Source: a virus
IMG/VR virus record: IMGVR_UViG_3300035490_000050
Coordinates: 32,001 to 96,000 of that record
Direction: 5' to 3' (one strand)
Length of the DNA stretch: 64,000 nt
Part shown: piece by piece, positions 38,046 to 46,687 of the stretch
Layout of the letters: each line of letters starts with the position of its first letter
How positions within the stretch are numbered: the first letter of the stretch is position 1
Program-made: the position numbers and the translations under genes
Notes under the pieces: model-generated
What the model was told of the DNA's origin: nothing
Databases searched by the model: none
What the model saw: the letters and a program-made list of their open reading frames with translations, nothing else

Positions 38046-38201
38046 CTAGTCGCTGGCAGGTTCGGCACGTTTACGGCGTGGGGATGTGCCGATTACGTCC
38101 TTGAGCGGCAAGGGTTTGGTGCTGATGATCTTCCGAAGTACAGCATCGAACTTGTCTTTATCCACCATTATTTCTTGAGGTTCTGGCGAAGGTGTGTCCA
38201 T
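38046..38201 (-). CDS. 51 aa protein resembling small IS1595-associated ORFs
   Basis: DKDKFDAVLRKIISTKP, loosely similar to 41962..42153. Confidence 0.6.
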   Translation of the reverse strand: MDTPSPEPQEIMVDKDKFDAVLRKIISTKPLPLKDVIGTSPRRKRAEPASD

Positions 38202-38269
38202 TGGGAATATCCTAACATCTTATCGAAAAAACACTTGCATAGACGTGCAAGATCAACTACACTAGGCAG

Positions 38270-38496
38270 CGTAACCAGTAGTACCGAGTGCCACTCGGAA
38301 TCCCGATGGCACCCGGCATGAAGGTTGGTCTGGAGTGTCCGCTCCAGTCGGTACAGCAAGGACGAGGAAGAATCTTAAGCATAGTACTCCTCGTTTGTCG
38401 GCTTTCTGCTGTTTTGGTGCTCCCACACCGTTCAGATCAGGATTGCCGAACCTCGTAATATCCAAGCCCCGGTCCTAAGCCGGGGCTTCGGTTTTT
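38270..38496 (+). ncRNA. Candidate structured ncRNA A (~225 nt)
   Basis: TTGCAT-17-TACACT promoter, nested multibranch stems, terminator; no credible ORF. Confidence 0.6.
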
Positions 38497-38888
38497 CCCT
38501 CTCCTTTCGTCCAAAGTTTCGCTAGACCTCTCTTGCCAACATTCTGCACTTGGTCCTCCAGCGAGACCAAGGCTTCATTTACGGCGATCATCGGCGTCTG
38601 GGAAACGAACACAAAGCCACTTCTCTGCATGGCGTCGGCGATTTCCTGAGTAGTTATTCCTGGATGTCCAGCAGGCGGAAGAGTTTCCCAGACCCTGCGC
38701 TTCAGTTCCCCGTAGGGCCGTGGCCGTGGTCGTATGGAGAAGTTGCCAGTCGTCGGCGGCGCGGCAATCTGGCTGATTCTGGGGTCAAGGAAGACGGCTT
38801 TTGCCCTTTCCCAGAATGCCACTTCCTCTTTGGCTTTCGCCAACTTTTCGTCAATCGTGTTGAGATCAATACTTGGCATGTTCCTCAT
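38475..38888 (-). CDS. Coiled-coil plus winged-helix DNA-binding protein
   Basis: N-terminal heptads; ITTQEIADAM..SG helix-turn-helix-like segment; stop codon inside the shared terminator. Confidence 0.65.
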   Translation of the reverse strand: MRNMPSIDLNTIDEKLAKAKEEVAFWERAKAVFLDPRISQIAAPPTTGNFSIRPRPRPYGELKRRVWETLPPAGHPGITTQEIADAMQRSGFVFVSQTPMIAVNEALVSLEDQVQNVGKRGLAKLWTKGEGKTEAPA

Positions 38889-38977
38889 TACCCATTTAGA
38901 TTCTCCTTCTACGCAGAGGAGTTGTCAAGATTCTTTACTATGCAAATATGGAATGTGCGAAACTCCGCACATTGCCA

Positions 38978-39199
38978 ATGCCTGATCTTGCAGAGCAGCT
39001 AGGAACTCGGATTCGAGCCGCCAGAATCTCCAAGGGACTCCGACAGGAGGAACTCGCGGCGCGCTCCAACATGACGCGCGCGCACATCAGCCACATAGAG
39101 AACGGCCAGTTTAATATGCGCTTAGAAACACTTGAAGGGATTTGCAGAGGCTTACAGATTCAACCATTTACATTATTTGAGGGGATCAATATAGATTAG
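38978..39199 (+). CDS. XRE-family HTH regulator
   Basis: LG.RIR..R...GL.QEELA....TRAHISHIENG..N. Confidence 0.85.
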   Translation: MPDLAEQLGTRIRAARISKGLRQEELAARSNMTRAHISHIENGQFNMRLETLEGICRGLQIQPFTLFEGINID

Positions 39200-39266
39200 C
39201 GCCGTCCCTATAATCCTACGTCAAAGTGATAATCGTCCTAATTGATAAACACAGTAGGTTACCTAA

Positions 39267-39571
39267 GGAACCTCTGAAAAGCGCCGAGTTAGAAGAGTCC
39301 GTCGCCGGTATTTTTCTGCAAGGGCATGAAATCAGCGCATTTTCGTATGTCCGGCAGGTCGTTTAACCCGCCGGAAGCCGCCGTGGCCTGCGGCGGGCAC
39401 ACTACGCCCCTTGGTGGGCCAGCCGAAGGTTGATCTTGGCCAGTCGCTTGCGGTTCCCGTAGAGGTTGGCCAGCGCATCGCGGCAACGAAATCAACGCAC
39501 ACGTCAGGGTCCGCGAAATAGCGGGTTGCCTGTAAGAGGCTTTTCGGCATATTGTTGGTACTCATTTTCAC
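39267..39571 (-). pseudogene. Chimeric IS remnant: IS1595 transposase N-terminus fused to an IS5-like 3' end
   Basis: MPKSLLQATRYFADPDVCVDFVAAMRWP parallels the 40944 ORF; another frame reads LANLYGNRKRL; IS5-like end ggaacctctgaaaa after ctaa. Confidence 0.65.
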
Positions 39572-39628
39572 CCCACAAGGATTAAGAAAACAGTTGCGGT
39601 CATCTCTGTAGAGGTGTATAGTTTCTAC

Positions 39629-39832
39629 AGAGAGAAGCTCCTAGGACTCCCCACGCTTGATTGCGTAGGGAGCCTGATAGGCCATAGACTCCGGTGTTCT
39701 AGCACCATTGCCTGTGGGTATTACTGTGCGAAAGTACATTTCGCTTCTCCACCGTCCTAAGATTTGCCTGTCCGGGCTGAGGACGGAAATTCGTTGTACT
39801 CAAGGGACCTCTTTTCGGGGTCCCTTGTTTAT
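39629..39832 (+). ncRNA. Candidate structured ncRNA B (~200 nt)
   Basis: TTGCGG-17-TATAGT promoter, four-way junction plus hairpin, terminator. Confidence 0.6.
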
Positions 39833-39877
39833 TCGGCATAAATATACTTGAAACCGCGTTAGGCGTAGAATAACGGA

Positions 39878-40801
39878 ATGAACAGCCCCCAACTCCTTTC
39901 CGCGTATGAACGCTGCAATCGGGCGGGCGTATGGAACCGTGACTGGCGCAGGTGGAAAATCTCTGATACCGAGATGCTCCAGCGGTCCATCCGCGCAGGA
40001 CTCCTTTCCGATAGACCAGATTTCAATATCGCGTCAGGCGAAGAGACGATGACTCTGAGCGCGGAGCCGGGACTAGAAAGCAAAGAATACAACCTGTACG
40101 ACCAATGTGTTCACTTAGCCGCACTCTCAGACATCCTCACCGCCGCCGTCAGGAAGCCCTCAGAGCGGCCTTGGTTGCTTCCAGAGGATGTGAGGATAGG
40201 CGACGGACCTACGTGGCGCAGCGCGGCCTATCTCAGCCCCAGCGGTGATTATCTTAGGCGCATAGCGATTGTGAGCAATTGGGGGGATGATCGCCATTTC
40301 GGGGAATGCAGGGGCTGGTTTTCGATGGGAGAGATTTGCGCTTACTCTTTGCCGATGCAGTTGGTCGTAGCTGTCATTGGCCAGAGCAGGAGTGGGAAGC
40401 GCCACAGCCCGTTTACGAAAGGACTTTTACATCCCGCAAATAAAAAATTGCGATTCAAGAAAAAGAACTCGGTCAATGAACCTTTTAAGGCGTCATGGCT
40501 TCCCGTTTGGAGGGAAGATCACGATGAAATTTCAACCGAATCATGGCTTCAAAGTATGCTCACTGATTTAGTTCTTGAGGACCATCTCTTTAAGGTTGAT
40601 ATTCCTCTGCCAACCAAAGAAGCGCAAAGGAAAATAAGAGACTTGGCATCGAAGAAACTAGAAGAGATCGAAACAGCTAACATTATTCCTGACCAGCAAT
40701 TGTCAACCTGCGATCATCCTTATCCCTGCGTATTCCGAAACCCATGCCATTCTCAGCAAGAGCCGAGTGGACGGCATGGGTTTGTCAGAATTACAACCTA
40801 G
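39878..40801 (+). CDS. PD-(D/E)XK superfamily (RecB/Cas4-like) protein
   Basis: SAYERC.R N-terminus and C-terminal C....PC.F...C Fe-S staple pattern; catalytic motif not recognisable. Confidence 0.55.
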   Translation: MNSPQLLSAYERCNRAGVWNRDWRRWKISDTEMLQRSIRAGLLSDRPDFNIASGEETMTLSAEPGLESKEYNLYDQCVHLAALSDILTAAVRKPSERPWLLPEDVRIGDGPTWRSAAYLSPSGDYLRRIAIVSNWGDDRHFGECRGWFSMGEICAYSLPMQLVVAVIGQSRSGKRHSPFTKGLLHPANKKLRFKKKNSVNEPFKASWLPVWREDHDEISTESWLQSMLTDLVLEDHLFKVDIPLPTKEAQRKIRDLASKKLEEIETANIIPDQQLSTCDHPYPCVFRNPCHSQQEPSGRHGFVRITT

Positions 40802-40885
40802 ACGTTGCGTTGCATCGCAGGACAAAACGACACGCCACAAGACGGGATGAGGCGTAGTGGGGCGTTGTGGTGCGCGGCGGTGCGG
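40801..40885. repeat. Degenerate 5-bp periodic repeat, 17 units of NRYRN
   Basis: gACGt tGCGt tGCAt cGCAg gACAa aACGa cACGc cACAa gACGg gATGa gGCGt aGTGg gGCGt tGTGg tGCGc gGCGg tGCGg. Confidence 0.75.
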
Positions 40886-40943
40886 ATGAATTTATGGTAA
40901 TAATATACTTGACATTCCACGATTGTAGGTCTATATTTGAATC

Positions 40944-41909
40944 ATGGAAACGCCAAAGACTCTCCGAGATGCAATTATCTGGTTTGCGGATTTCGAGCAT
41001 TGCCGCAAGTTCATGGTACAACTGCGCTGGCCTGATGGCGCTGTAAAGTGCCCGATCTGCGGTGCGGAGAAGGTCACCTATCTGGAAAAGCAGCGTGTGT
41101 GGAAGTGCTACGCCAAACACGAGCGACCGACATTCTCCCTCAAGACTGGCACGATATTTGAAGACTCTCCGATTCCGCTGGAGAAGTGGCTGTGCGCGGC
41201 ATGGCTGCTCATCAACTGCAAGAACGGGATTAGCTCGTATGAAATACATCGTGATCTTGGTGTGACACAGAAAACAGCTTGGTTTATGCTTCACCGGATT
41301 CGGCTGGCAATGCGAGAGGGTGGATTCGACAAGTTGGGTGGTGAGGGTGGCCCAGTGGAAGTCGATGAATGTTTCATTGGCCCGAAGCCTCAGAAAATGC
41401 ATCGCTATAAGAGACTCGCCTTGCAGAGCGGCATCAACGCAAGGGCGAAGAATCCCATTATGGGGATGCTGGACCGTGAGAGCCGTAAGGTCCGCGCGAA
41501 GGTAGTTCCAGATGTGAAGCGGAGCACGTTGCAGCGGGAGATTCTGAACCATATCGAAAAGGGTTCCAAGGTCTACACCGATGGGTGGCCGGGATATGAT
41601 AATCTGGCCGCGCAGGAGTACATTCACGAGACGGTCAACCACGTCGAGGAATATGTACGTGGACAGGTTCACACTCAGGGAATCGACAACTTTTGGAGTC
41701 TCCTGAGACGCGGCCTGACCGGAACGTATATTGCCGTGGAACCGTTCCATCTTGACCGCTATGTTGGGGAGCAGGTATTCCGCTACAACAACCGCTTGAT
41801 CTCCGACGCTGAGCGGTTCACTACCGTCATGAAGCAAATCGTCGGTCGTCGGCTGACGTATGATGAACTGACAGGCAAGACTGAACGCTCATCAGAGATG
41901 CGTCCTTGA
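40944..41909 (+). CDS. IS1595 (ISXO2-like) DDE transposase
   Basis: Zn ribbon CPIC; VEVDE, YTD, H.TVNH, VHTQGIDNFWS, RRLTY motifs. Confidence 0.95.
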   Translation: METPKTLRDAIIWFADFEHCRKFMVQLRWPDGAVKCPICGAEKVTYLEKQRVWKCYAKHERPTFSLKTGTIFEDSPIPLEKWLCAAWLLINCKNGISSYEIHRDLGVTQKTAWFMLHRIRLAMREGGFDKLGGEGGPVEVDECFIGPKPQKMHRYKRLALQSGINARAKNPIMGMLDRESRKVRAKVVPDVKRSTLQREILNHIEKGSKVYTDGWPGYDNLAAQEYIHETVNHVEEYVRGQVHTQGIDNFWSLLRRGLTGTYIAVEPFHLDRYVGEQVFRYNNRLISDAERFTTVMKQIVGRRLTYDELTGKTERSSEMRP

Positions 41910-41961
41910 AGCAGAAGAAGAGGCAGGGACGCGGCAAGCGCAAGCCCGCTTCGGGAGGGTT

Positions 41962-42153
41962 ATGACGGAACCAGCCTTCGATTCAACGCCAGAATTCCAA
42001 CACTTCACGGAAGTCATGCGAGGCGTGTTGTCGGTTCCTAAAAAGCGTTTAGATGAACTCGTTGCGGCTGCAAAGGAAACTTCGCCTCGCAACGGCAATC
42101 GGAGTGCGCCTGGGAGAAAGGCCGGAACTGTCAAGAGGCGCAAACGGAAGTAA
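41962..42153 (+). CDS. Small IS1595 passenger protein
   Basis: PEFQHFTEVMRGVLSVPK; GGGAGG RBS. Confidence 0.7.
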   Translation: MTEPAFDSTPEFQHFTEVMRGVLSVPKKRLDELVAAAKETSPRNGNRSAPGRKAGTVKRRKRK

Positions 42154-42162
42154 TTCTTGGAC

Positions 42163-43257
42163 TTAGGAGCCTTTACCAACCTTGTAGGCTAAATCCCAAA
42201 GGCTCCGAGCAATCTTCCGAACATTCACTTCAGCATCTCTCCCACTAATGGGTAAGGATAACGCCGCAGCCTTGAGTCCCCTTAAAGCGAAGAGGTTGCT
42301 CAGTAGTTGGACCCGCATGGAGAAGCGTTGGAGGGCATAGCCTGCCTCCACTCTGTCGCACCACGTCTTAAGCGGCCCAGTAAATTCATGTCCCTGCGGA
42401 TAGTGAAATTCGCAAGCATCCGTATAGTCCACATCATTCGCATCGATCAGGGAACGCATCTTTGCGTCCGGCATGGTACGTACCTCTTCTTCTGTGTACT
42501 TGGGCGTCGGTCGTGGTCCAAGTTCATTTAGGAACTGGAGCAATTTTACCGAGAGTCGAAGCGCATGTCTCTGTAGAGGCTCAAGCACAATATCCTCTGG
42601 TAAAACCAACAGATCATCTTCCATACTCTCGGTCGTCACAGGTGGGTCGTTTTGATAAGAGTACGTGACCTCCACTCGCTTTATTTGGCCCTCAAACGGA
42701 TCGCGGGAAACAGGATCAAGTCCAGGTGCCTTAAAATCGCCTCTGTCCACCTTAAACACCAAACTATCGCCGACGATTTTGTGCTTCAATACTTCTGTTA
42801 CATCAGGTTTGTCGCCTCCTTCAGCGAACGCTCGGAACTCGGCTTTGATGATGTTCAACTGCGATGCAGATGAGTCAGTTCTTGACAACTTTTTTAACAA
42901 GGCATCTCTCTCCACAATTGCGGCCTGCTGAGATTCCATGGAACCTTTCAATCGCATCACAGAAATAGTAGTGCCGAACGTGCATAGCACCACAAAAGCC
43001 CAAGGAATCGCTATAGAGACCGTTCCGTTTTCAGCCAAAACAACTCCGACCCCTACGGCGAGAAGAAGTGCCGCAATTGCAGGCCAATAAAGTCCAATTT
43101 TATTGCGCCGAGTCGTCTCAGGCATTTTGATACCCGCCTGAGCAGCGAATATCCTGTTCTGCTCTCTGAATATTTGGTTTTGCTGCCAGCCGAAGAATAT
43201 ACCTGCCGCGTTGCTTGTGATCGCAACAATCGCAACGATCAAATCGAACGTGCTCAT
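42163..43257 (-). CDS. Passenger membrane protein with DUF3395/SUEL-lectin-like domain
   Basis: Three N-terminal TM segments; L.I..A.F....DVT..L...DP..G..K.VEV.Y pattern. Confidence 0.65.
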   Translation of the reverse strand: MSTFDLIVAIVAITSNAAGIFFGWQQNQIFREQNRIFAAQAGIKMPETTRRNKIGLYWPAIAALLLAVGVGVVLAENGTVSIAIPWAFVVLCTFGTTISVMRLKGSMESQQAAIVERDALLKKLSRTDSSASQLNIIKAEFRAFAEGGDKPDVTEVLKHKIVGDSLVFKVDRGDFKAPGLDPVSRDPFEGQIKRVEVTYSYQNDPPVTTESMEDDLLVLPEDIVLEPLQRHALRLSVKLLQFLNELGPRPTPKYTEEEVRTMPDAKMRSLIDANDVDYTDACEFHYPQGHEFTGPLKTWCDRVEAGYALQRFSMRVQLLSNLFALRGLKAAALSLPISGRDAEVNVRKIARSLWDLAYKVGKGS

Positions 43258-43320
43258 ATTCCAAGCCCTCGAAGCAGTTGCCTACAAAGGTAAAGGAACG
43301 CTCGTGGAATGTCAAGTATA

Positions 43321-43572
43321 TTATTGCCATTTCTTTTCCTCTCCCTCTACCTGCGTATTCGGCCAGCGTTTCCTTGCTTCTTCGATGGGCATTTCCTGTG
43401 TGAACTCAATCATGCTAGGCAAATCCTGCGGAAGAGGATCAAGAACTTGAAACTCAATCTTTCCCTCGGCGAACATAGTCCTGTGCGCGAACAGGAGGCT
43501 GTACAGTGCCAACTCCTCTTGCGTTGGAGGAGGAACGCGATGAATCGACCCATCACTCCATTGGTAAAGCAT
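43321..43572 (-). CDS. Hypothetical protein; stop codon lies inside the IS right TIR
   Basis: AAGGAG RBS before ATG 43572. Confidence 0.6.
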   Translation of the reverse strand: MLYQWSDGSIHRVPPPTQEELALYSLLFAHRTMFAEGKIEFQVLDPLPQDLPSMIEFTQEMPIEEARKRWPNTQVEGEEKKWQ

Positions 43573-44017
43573 ATCTTTTCTCCTTAAACTCAAGCGCGTC
43601 AAGATAGTCCTTGCGCTGAGGGCATCGACACTCTTCCACTGCACCGAAAGGCATACCGGGAACTATGTGAATGTGAATCATACAGAATGGATGCGTTCCA
43701 ACGGTACGGTGTGCTTCAATCTCGTTCTTGTAGGGAGCAAAATTAGGACGCATAGCCTCCCATGTTTCAGGACTCATATCCGCTCCGTTTTGATATTTGA
43801 GCGGCTCAGGAAACTGCTTGTCGAAATCCTCTTTCATCTTGAGAAGTCCGCTAAGAGTAATAGGTTGAGTCTCTATTGGAGATGGATGGTACGGAGCGTT
43901 GTTGATCGGAGTGCCATTAAACATCCCTGTTACGGCATCCTGAGAGGCAAAGAACTCTTCCATCTCCTCTGGCGACCACTCTCTTTCACTTGGCGGATTC
44001 TGGTTTGCGTCCATCAT
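43553..44017 (-). CDS. Hypothetical protein
   Basis: Tiled minus-strand operon. Confidence 0.6.
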   Translation of the reverse strand: MMDANQNPPSEREWSPEEMEEFFASQDAVTGMFNGTPINNAPYHPSPIETQPITLSGLLKMKEDFDKQFPEPLKYQNGADMSPETWEAMRPNFAPYKNEIEAHRTVGTHPFCMIHIHIVPGMPFGAVEECRCPQRKDYLDALEFKEKRYALPME

Positions 44018-44351
44018 TAGCCTCCAACATTAAATCGTCTGCTCTTCCACAACCGGGAAAACCAAAGTAGCACCTTCCCATATCCTTTTTTGGTAATCCG
44101 CAGTAAATACAATCCAAATCACTCTTGGCCAGTATGCCACGGAGCTTATCGTTCTCATCTTTGAAACGCGCTAGGATTTTCTCGTGGTCGCTAGTCCACA
44201 TCATCGAACCGTTAGGCTCATCGGCGCTGTCTACGAGAGCCTGCAACCTATCGGCCTTAGCTTTCGTGCAGGACATGCATAGGTCACCTTCTTCGAACTC
44301 GTAGCCGTCAGGAACGTGGACGGAAACGTTGCAGTTGGCGCACTCGCTCAT
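43986..44351 (-). CDS. Cys-rich hypothetical protein
   Basis: CANC, CMSC and CIYC motifs. Confidence 0.6.
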   Translation of the reverse strand: MSECANCNVSVHVPDGYEFEEGDLCMSCTKAKADRLQALVDSADEPNGSMMWTSDHEKILARFKDENDKLRGILAKSDLDCIYCGLPKKDMGRCYFGFPGCGRADDLMLEANDGRKPESAK

Positions 44352-44773
44352 CAGTATTCTCCGATCATCGTGCCGCAACGCTTGCAATGAATGGAACCAC
44401 GCTCTTTCGTCGGCCTTCCCTCAAGCCATTTATCCCTGACCCAGTCGTTAAGTCCGCGTGCGGAGGACTCCATAAAGAACCGAGAAGGAGTACTGTAGTC
44501 CAGCGGCTCATTGAGCGCCGTCGCCACACCGCCATCTGGATAAAAGTCATGCGGTCCATCGTGAAACATTTGGAGACGACAAATTCCTCCCGGTCCTGGA
44601 TTCTGGCATACGGGTATGGAGCGTTTGCGGTTCTCCTCTATCTGCACTTTAATGTTGTCCCAATAAGGATCGTCATCATAGACGCCCTTCCACGGAACAA
44701 ACAGCGGTATCCGTACACCGTCTTGGTGCCCCTTGAATCGGCAGACAAAGTTGCGCATGAACCATTTTTTCAT
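44351..44773 (-). CDS. Hypothetical protein
   Basis: C.F.GH...CKRCG pattern. Confidence 0.6.
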   Translation of the reverse strand: MKKWFMRNFVCRFKGHQDGVRIPLFVPWKGVYDDDPYWDNIKVQIEENRKRSIPVCQNPGPGGICRLQMFHDGPHDFYPDGGVATALNEPLDYSTPSRFFMESSARGLNDWVRDKWLEGRPTKERGSIHCKRCGTMIGEY

Positions 44774-44943
44774 TCAGTCCCTCTGATCGCCTTCTCGATA
44801 CGTTCGGTGTAGTAATGGCGAAACACCTTTGTTAAGCAATACGCCGCTTCTGCGTAATCAAGCGTTCTGGATTCATAAATAACATCCTTAAATAGTGCAT
44901 CAAATACTCGCGCTGCCGCTTGTTTGATTTCGTCTTCGCTCAT
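44770..44943 (-). CDS. 57 aa hypothetical protein
   Basis: Hand-translated MSEDEIKQAAARVF...; ATGA overlaps on both sides. Confidence 0.6.
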   Translation of the reverse strand: MSEDEIKQAAARVFDALFKDVIYESRTLDYAEAAYCLTKVFRHYYTERIEKAIRGTE

Positions 44944-45356
44944 GGCTTTTCCACCTTACAGTCTTTGAGAGGCTTTCCTGGTATCCACTTATAGCGTCCA
45001 GCCTCAACACGTTCTCCAGTAAGACCGTCCGCCAGTTTCTCCGCTTCTGCATCGGAGAGGTCGAATACGGTTATAGGCATGGTTCTCAGTAACTCACCCC
45101 GAAGCCGATTAGACTCGTTCAACATGCGCTCCATCTCCCCGTACAGGATTTCTCCAAACACCCAAAGCATAGCGCGTAGTTCTTCATCGTTTGCAGGGAG
45201 TTCATCGTTTATCCATGACGCGAAGGCATCAGCAGTCATGCGGATAGGATGCATCTCAATGTGCATCATCTCGTTTGCTTTCCTTGGAACATCAGGCTTC
45301 TTCGGCATGATCTCCGCAAGTCTTTTCATCAGGGGTGAGCGATGGTCAGGCATCAT
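44940..45356 (-). CDS. Hypothetical protein
   Basis: Tiled operon. Confidence 0.6.
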   Translation of the reverse strand: MMPDHRSPLMKRLAEIMPKKPDVPRKANEMMHIEMHPIRMTADAFASWINDELPANDEELRAMLWVFGEILYGEMERMLNESNRLRGELLRTMPITVFDLSDAEAEKLADGLTGERVEAGRYKWIPGKPLKDCKVEKP

Positions 45357-45652
45357 TTCTCCTCCAACGGGTACTCACCCGGCATAGCAAGTTGCAACCC
45401 CACTGGCATCATCGAGTGATGATGTGGTTGAGAGAGGATAAGGTCAGCACCTTTCGCTATTGACTCACGCTCACTGTCTGAAAATCGGAAGCGTGTAAAA
45501 GAAACAGGATTAGGAGAATCGCAATCTCTATGGTCTGGCGACTCGCACCAAATTCTCGCCACGATGATAGGATAATATTCCTCTTGGCCAAGAGCGATAA
45601 CCTGCTCGGCTTCAACTTCGCGTTCAGTGAGAACTGGAGATATAGAATTCAT
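45353..45652 (-). CDS. Hypothetical protein
   Basis: GGAGG RBS; Q.EY.P motif. Confidence 0.65.
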   Translation of the reverse strand: MNSISPVLTEREVEAEQVIALGQEEYYPIIVARIWCESPDHRDCDSPNPVSFTRFRFSDSERESIAKGADLILSQPHHHSMMPVGLQLAMPGEYPLEEK

Positions 45653-45703
45653 TGTTTCCTCCCCCGTAAGCATCGTCTCACAAGCAAGCATAATATGCAA
45701 GCA

Positions 45704-45943
45704 TTAGTTCGGTTTTATTTCAACAATAGGAGATGTTTGGTGATCTATCTCTTTGTTAACCCACTCGAACACATCCCATTCTGAAACATTGAAAGCCTTT
45801 GCCACATGGCGCACAATATCTGCGATCACGATTCCGTACTCTTCGTATCGCATATTGTCGCTGTGAATGTGCGTCTCTATGTCGCCGTCACCATTCTTAA
45901 AGACGACCAAGAGAGGATTTTCAATCGGGATGATCTTCTCCAT
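45704..45943 (-). CDS. Hypothetical protein
   Basis: YGIVIADIVRHVA.A motif; AGGAG RBS. Confidence 0.65.
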   Translation of the reverse strand: MEKIIPIENPLLVVFKNGDGDIETHIHSDNMRYEEYGIVIADIVRHVAKAFNVSEWDVFEWVNKEIDHQTSPIVEIKPN

Positions 45944-45945
45944 CG

Positions 45946-46683
45946 CTATACTCCTTTCGCATCGACTCCAAAGTTCTTCTCGTCAAACTGCTCATTGTAT
46001 TCTTTACTCCCAATAAAAAATCCCCATTTGTCTCTAAATGTCAATCTATCAGCGTCGGCTTGCATTTCAATTTCCTTCTTCTCTCTTGGTGGTGCATTCT
46101 TGATTGTAGAGCTACCATAGTGGAAGAAAGGTACTTGGGCATGATTCAACCGTATCCCTTTCCTATGCGCTCTAACATGGAGGTCGCAATCCGAAGCGTA
46201 ATTTATCATGGTTTCGTCCAGTCCCCCAAACTTATTCCATGCTTCCTTGCGCCATAGGAGACAAGAGAAGTCTGGATTCGGATTGATAGGCTGGACAGGA
46301 AAAGGCTTTTCTAAGTCTTCCATCGTTACTCTGTGACCGTCAATGTCCTGCACACCTGAGACGACAGGAAGATTGAGTTCAAGCAGTAGACGATAGTAGG
46401 ACGGCGGCATGATCGTGTCTGATCCGGGGCATAGGCAATAGTCGGCGCTCATTGCATCGAACACCCACTTCAAGCCGACATTGATTCCATGGCTAAATCC
46501 AGTGTTGGTTTGTAACCTCATACATGGAATATCTTCCACGCATGAAAAATACACCACGGTATCATCACTGCTCCCATTGTCAACGATGAATATGGAAACA
46601 GGTATATCCTGCTTGCGCAAGGACTCGACACATTGTTTTGTAAGGTCCAGATTATCGTGCGTGAGTATGAGTACAGGATTCAT
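45946..46683 (-). CDS. Glycosyltransferase family 2
   Basis: ILTHDN...CVESL...IVDNGSSDDT...GFSHGINVG...SDCD. Confidence 0.9.
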   Translation of the reverse strand: MNPVLILTHDNLDLTKQCVESLRKQDIPVSIFIVDNGSSDDTVVYFSCVEDIPCMRLQTNTGFSHGINVGLKWVFDAMSADYCLCPGSDTIMPPSYYRLLLELNLPVVSGVQDIDGHRVTMEDLEKPFPVQPINPNPDFSCLLWRKEAWNKFGGLDETMINYASDCDLHVRAHRKGIRLNHAQVPFFHYGSSTIKNAPPREKKEIEMQADADRLTFRDKWGFFIGSKEYNEQFDEKNFGVDAKGV

Positions 46684-46687
46684 AATG

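Larger units (their letters stand above)
40896..43328 (+). mobile_element. IS1595-family transporter IS with two passenger genes
   Basis: Terminal inverted repeats ggtaataatatacttgacattccacga / tcgtggaatgtcaagtatattattgcc (26/27 match). Confidence 0.85.

Noticed and set aside
39670-39740. Hammerhead ribozyme in ncRNA B (ctgatag...gaaa)
   Set aside because: Core is CUGAUAG rather than CUGANGA, and GAAA is a tetraloop; stems do not fit the topology.
40791-41837. 348 aa minus-strand ORF
   Set aside because: Antisense shadow of the IS1595 transposase.
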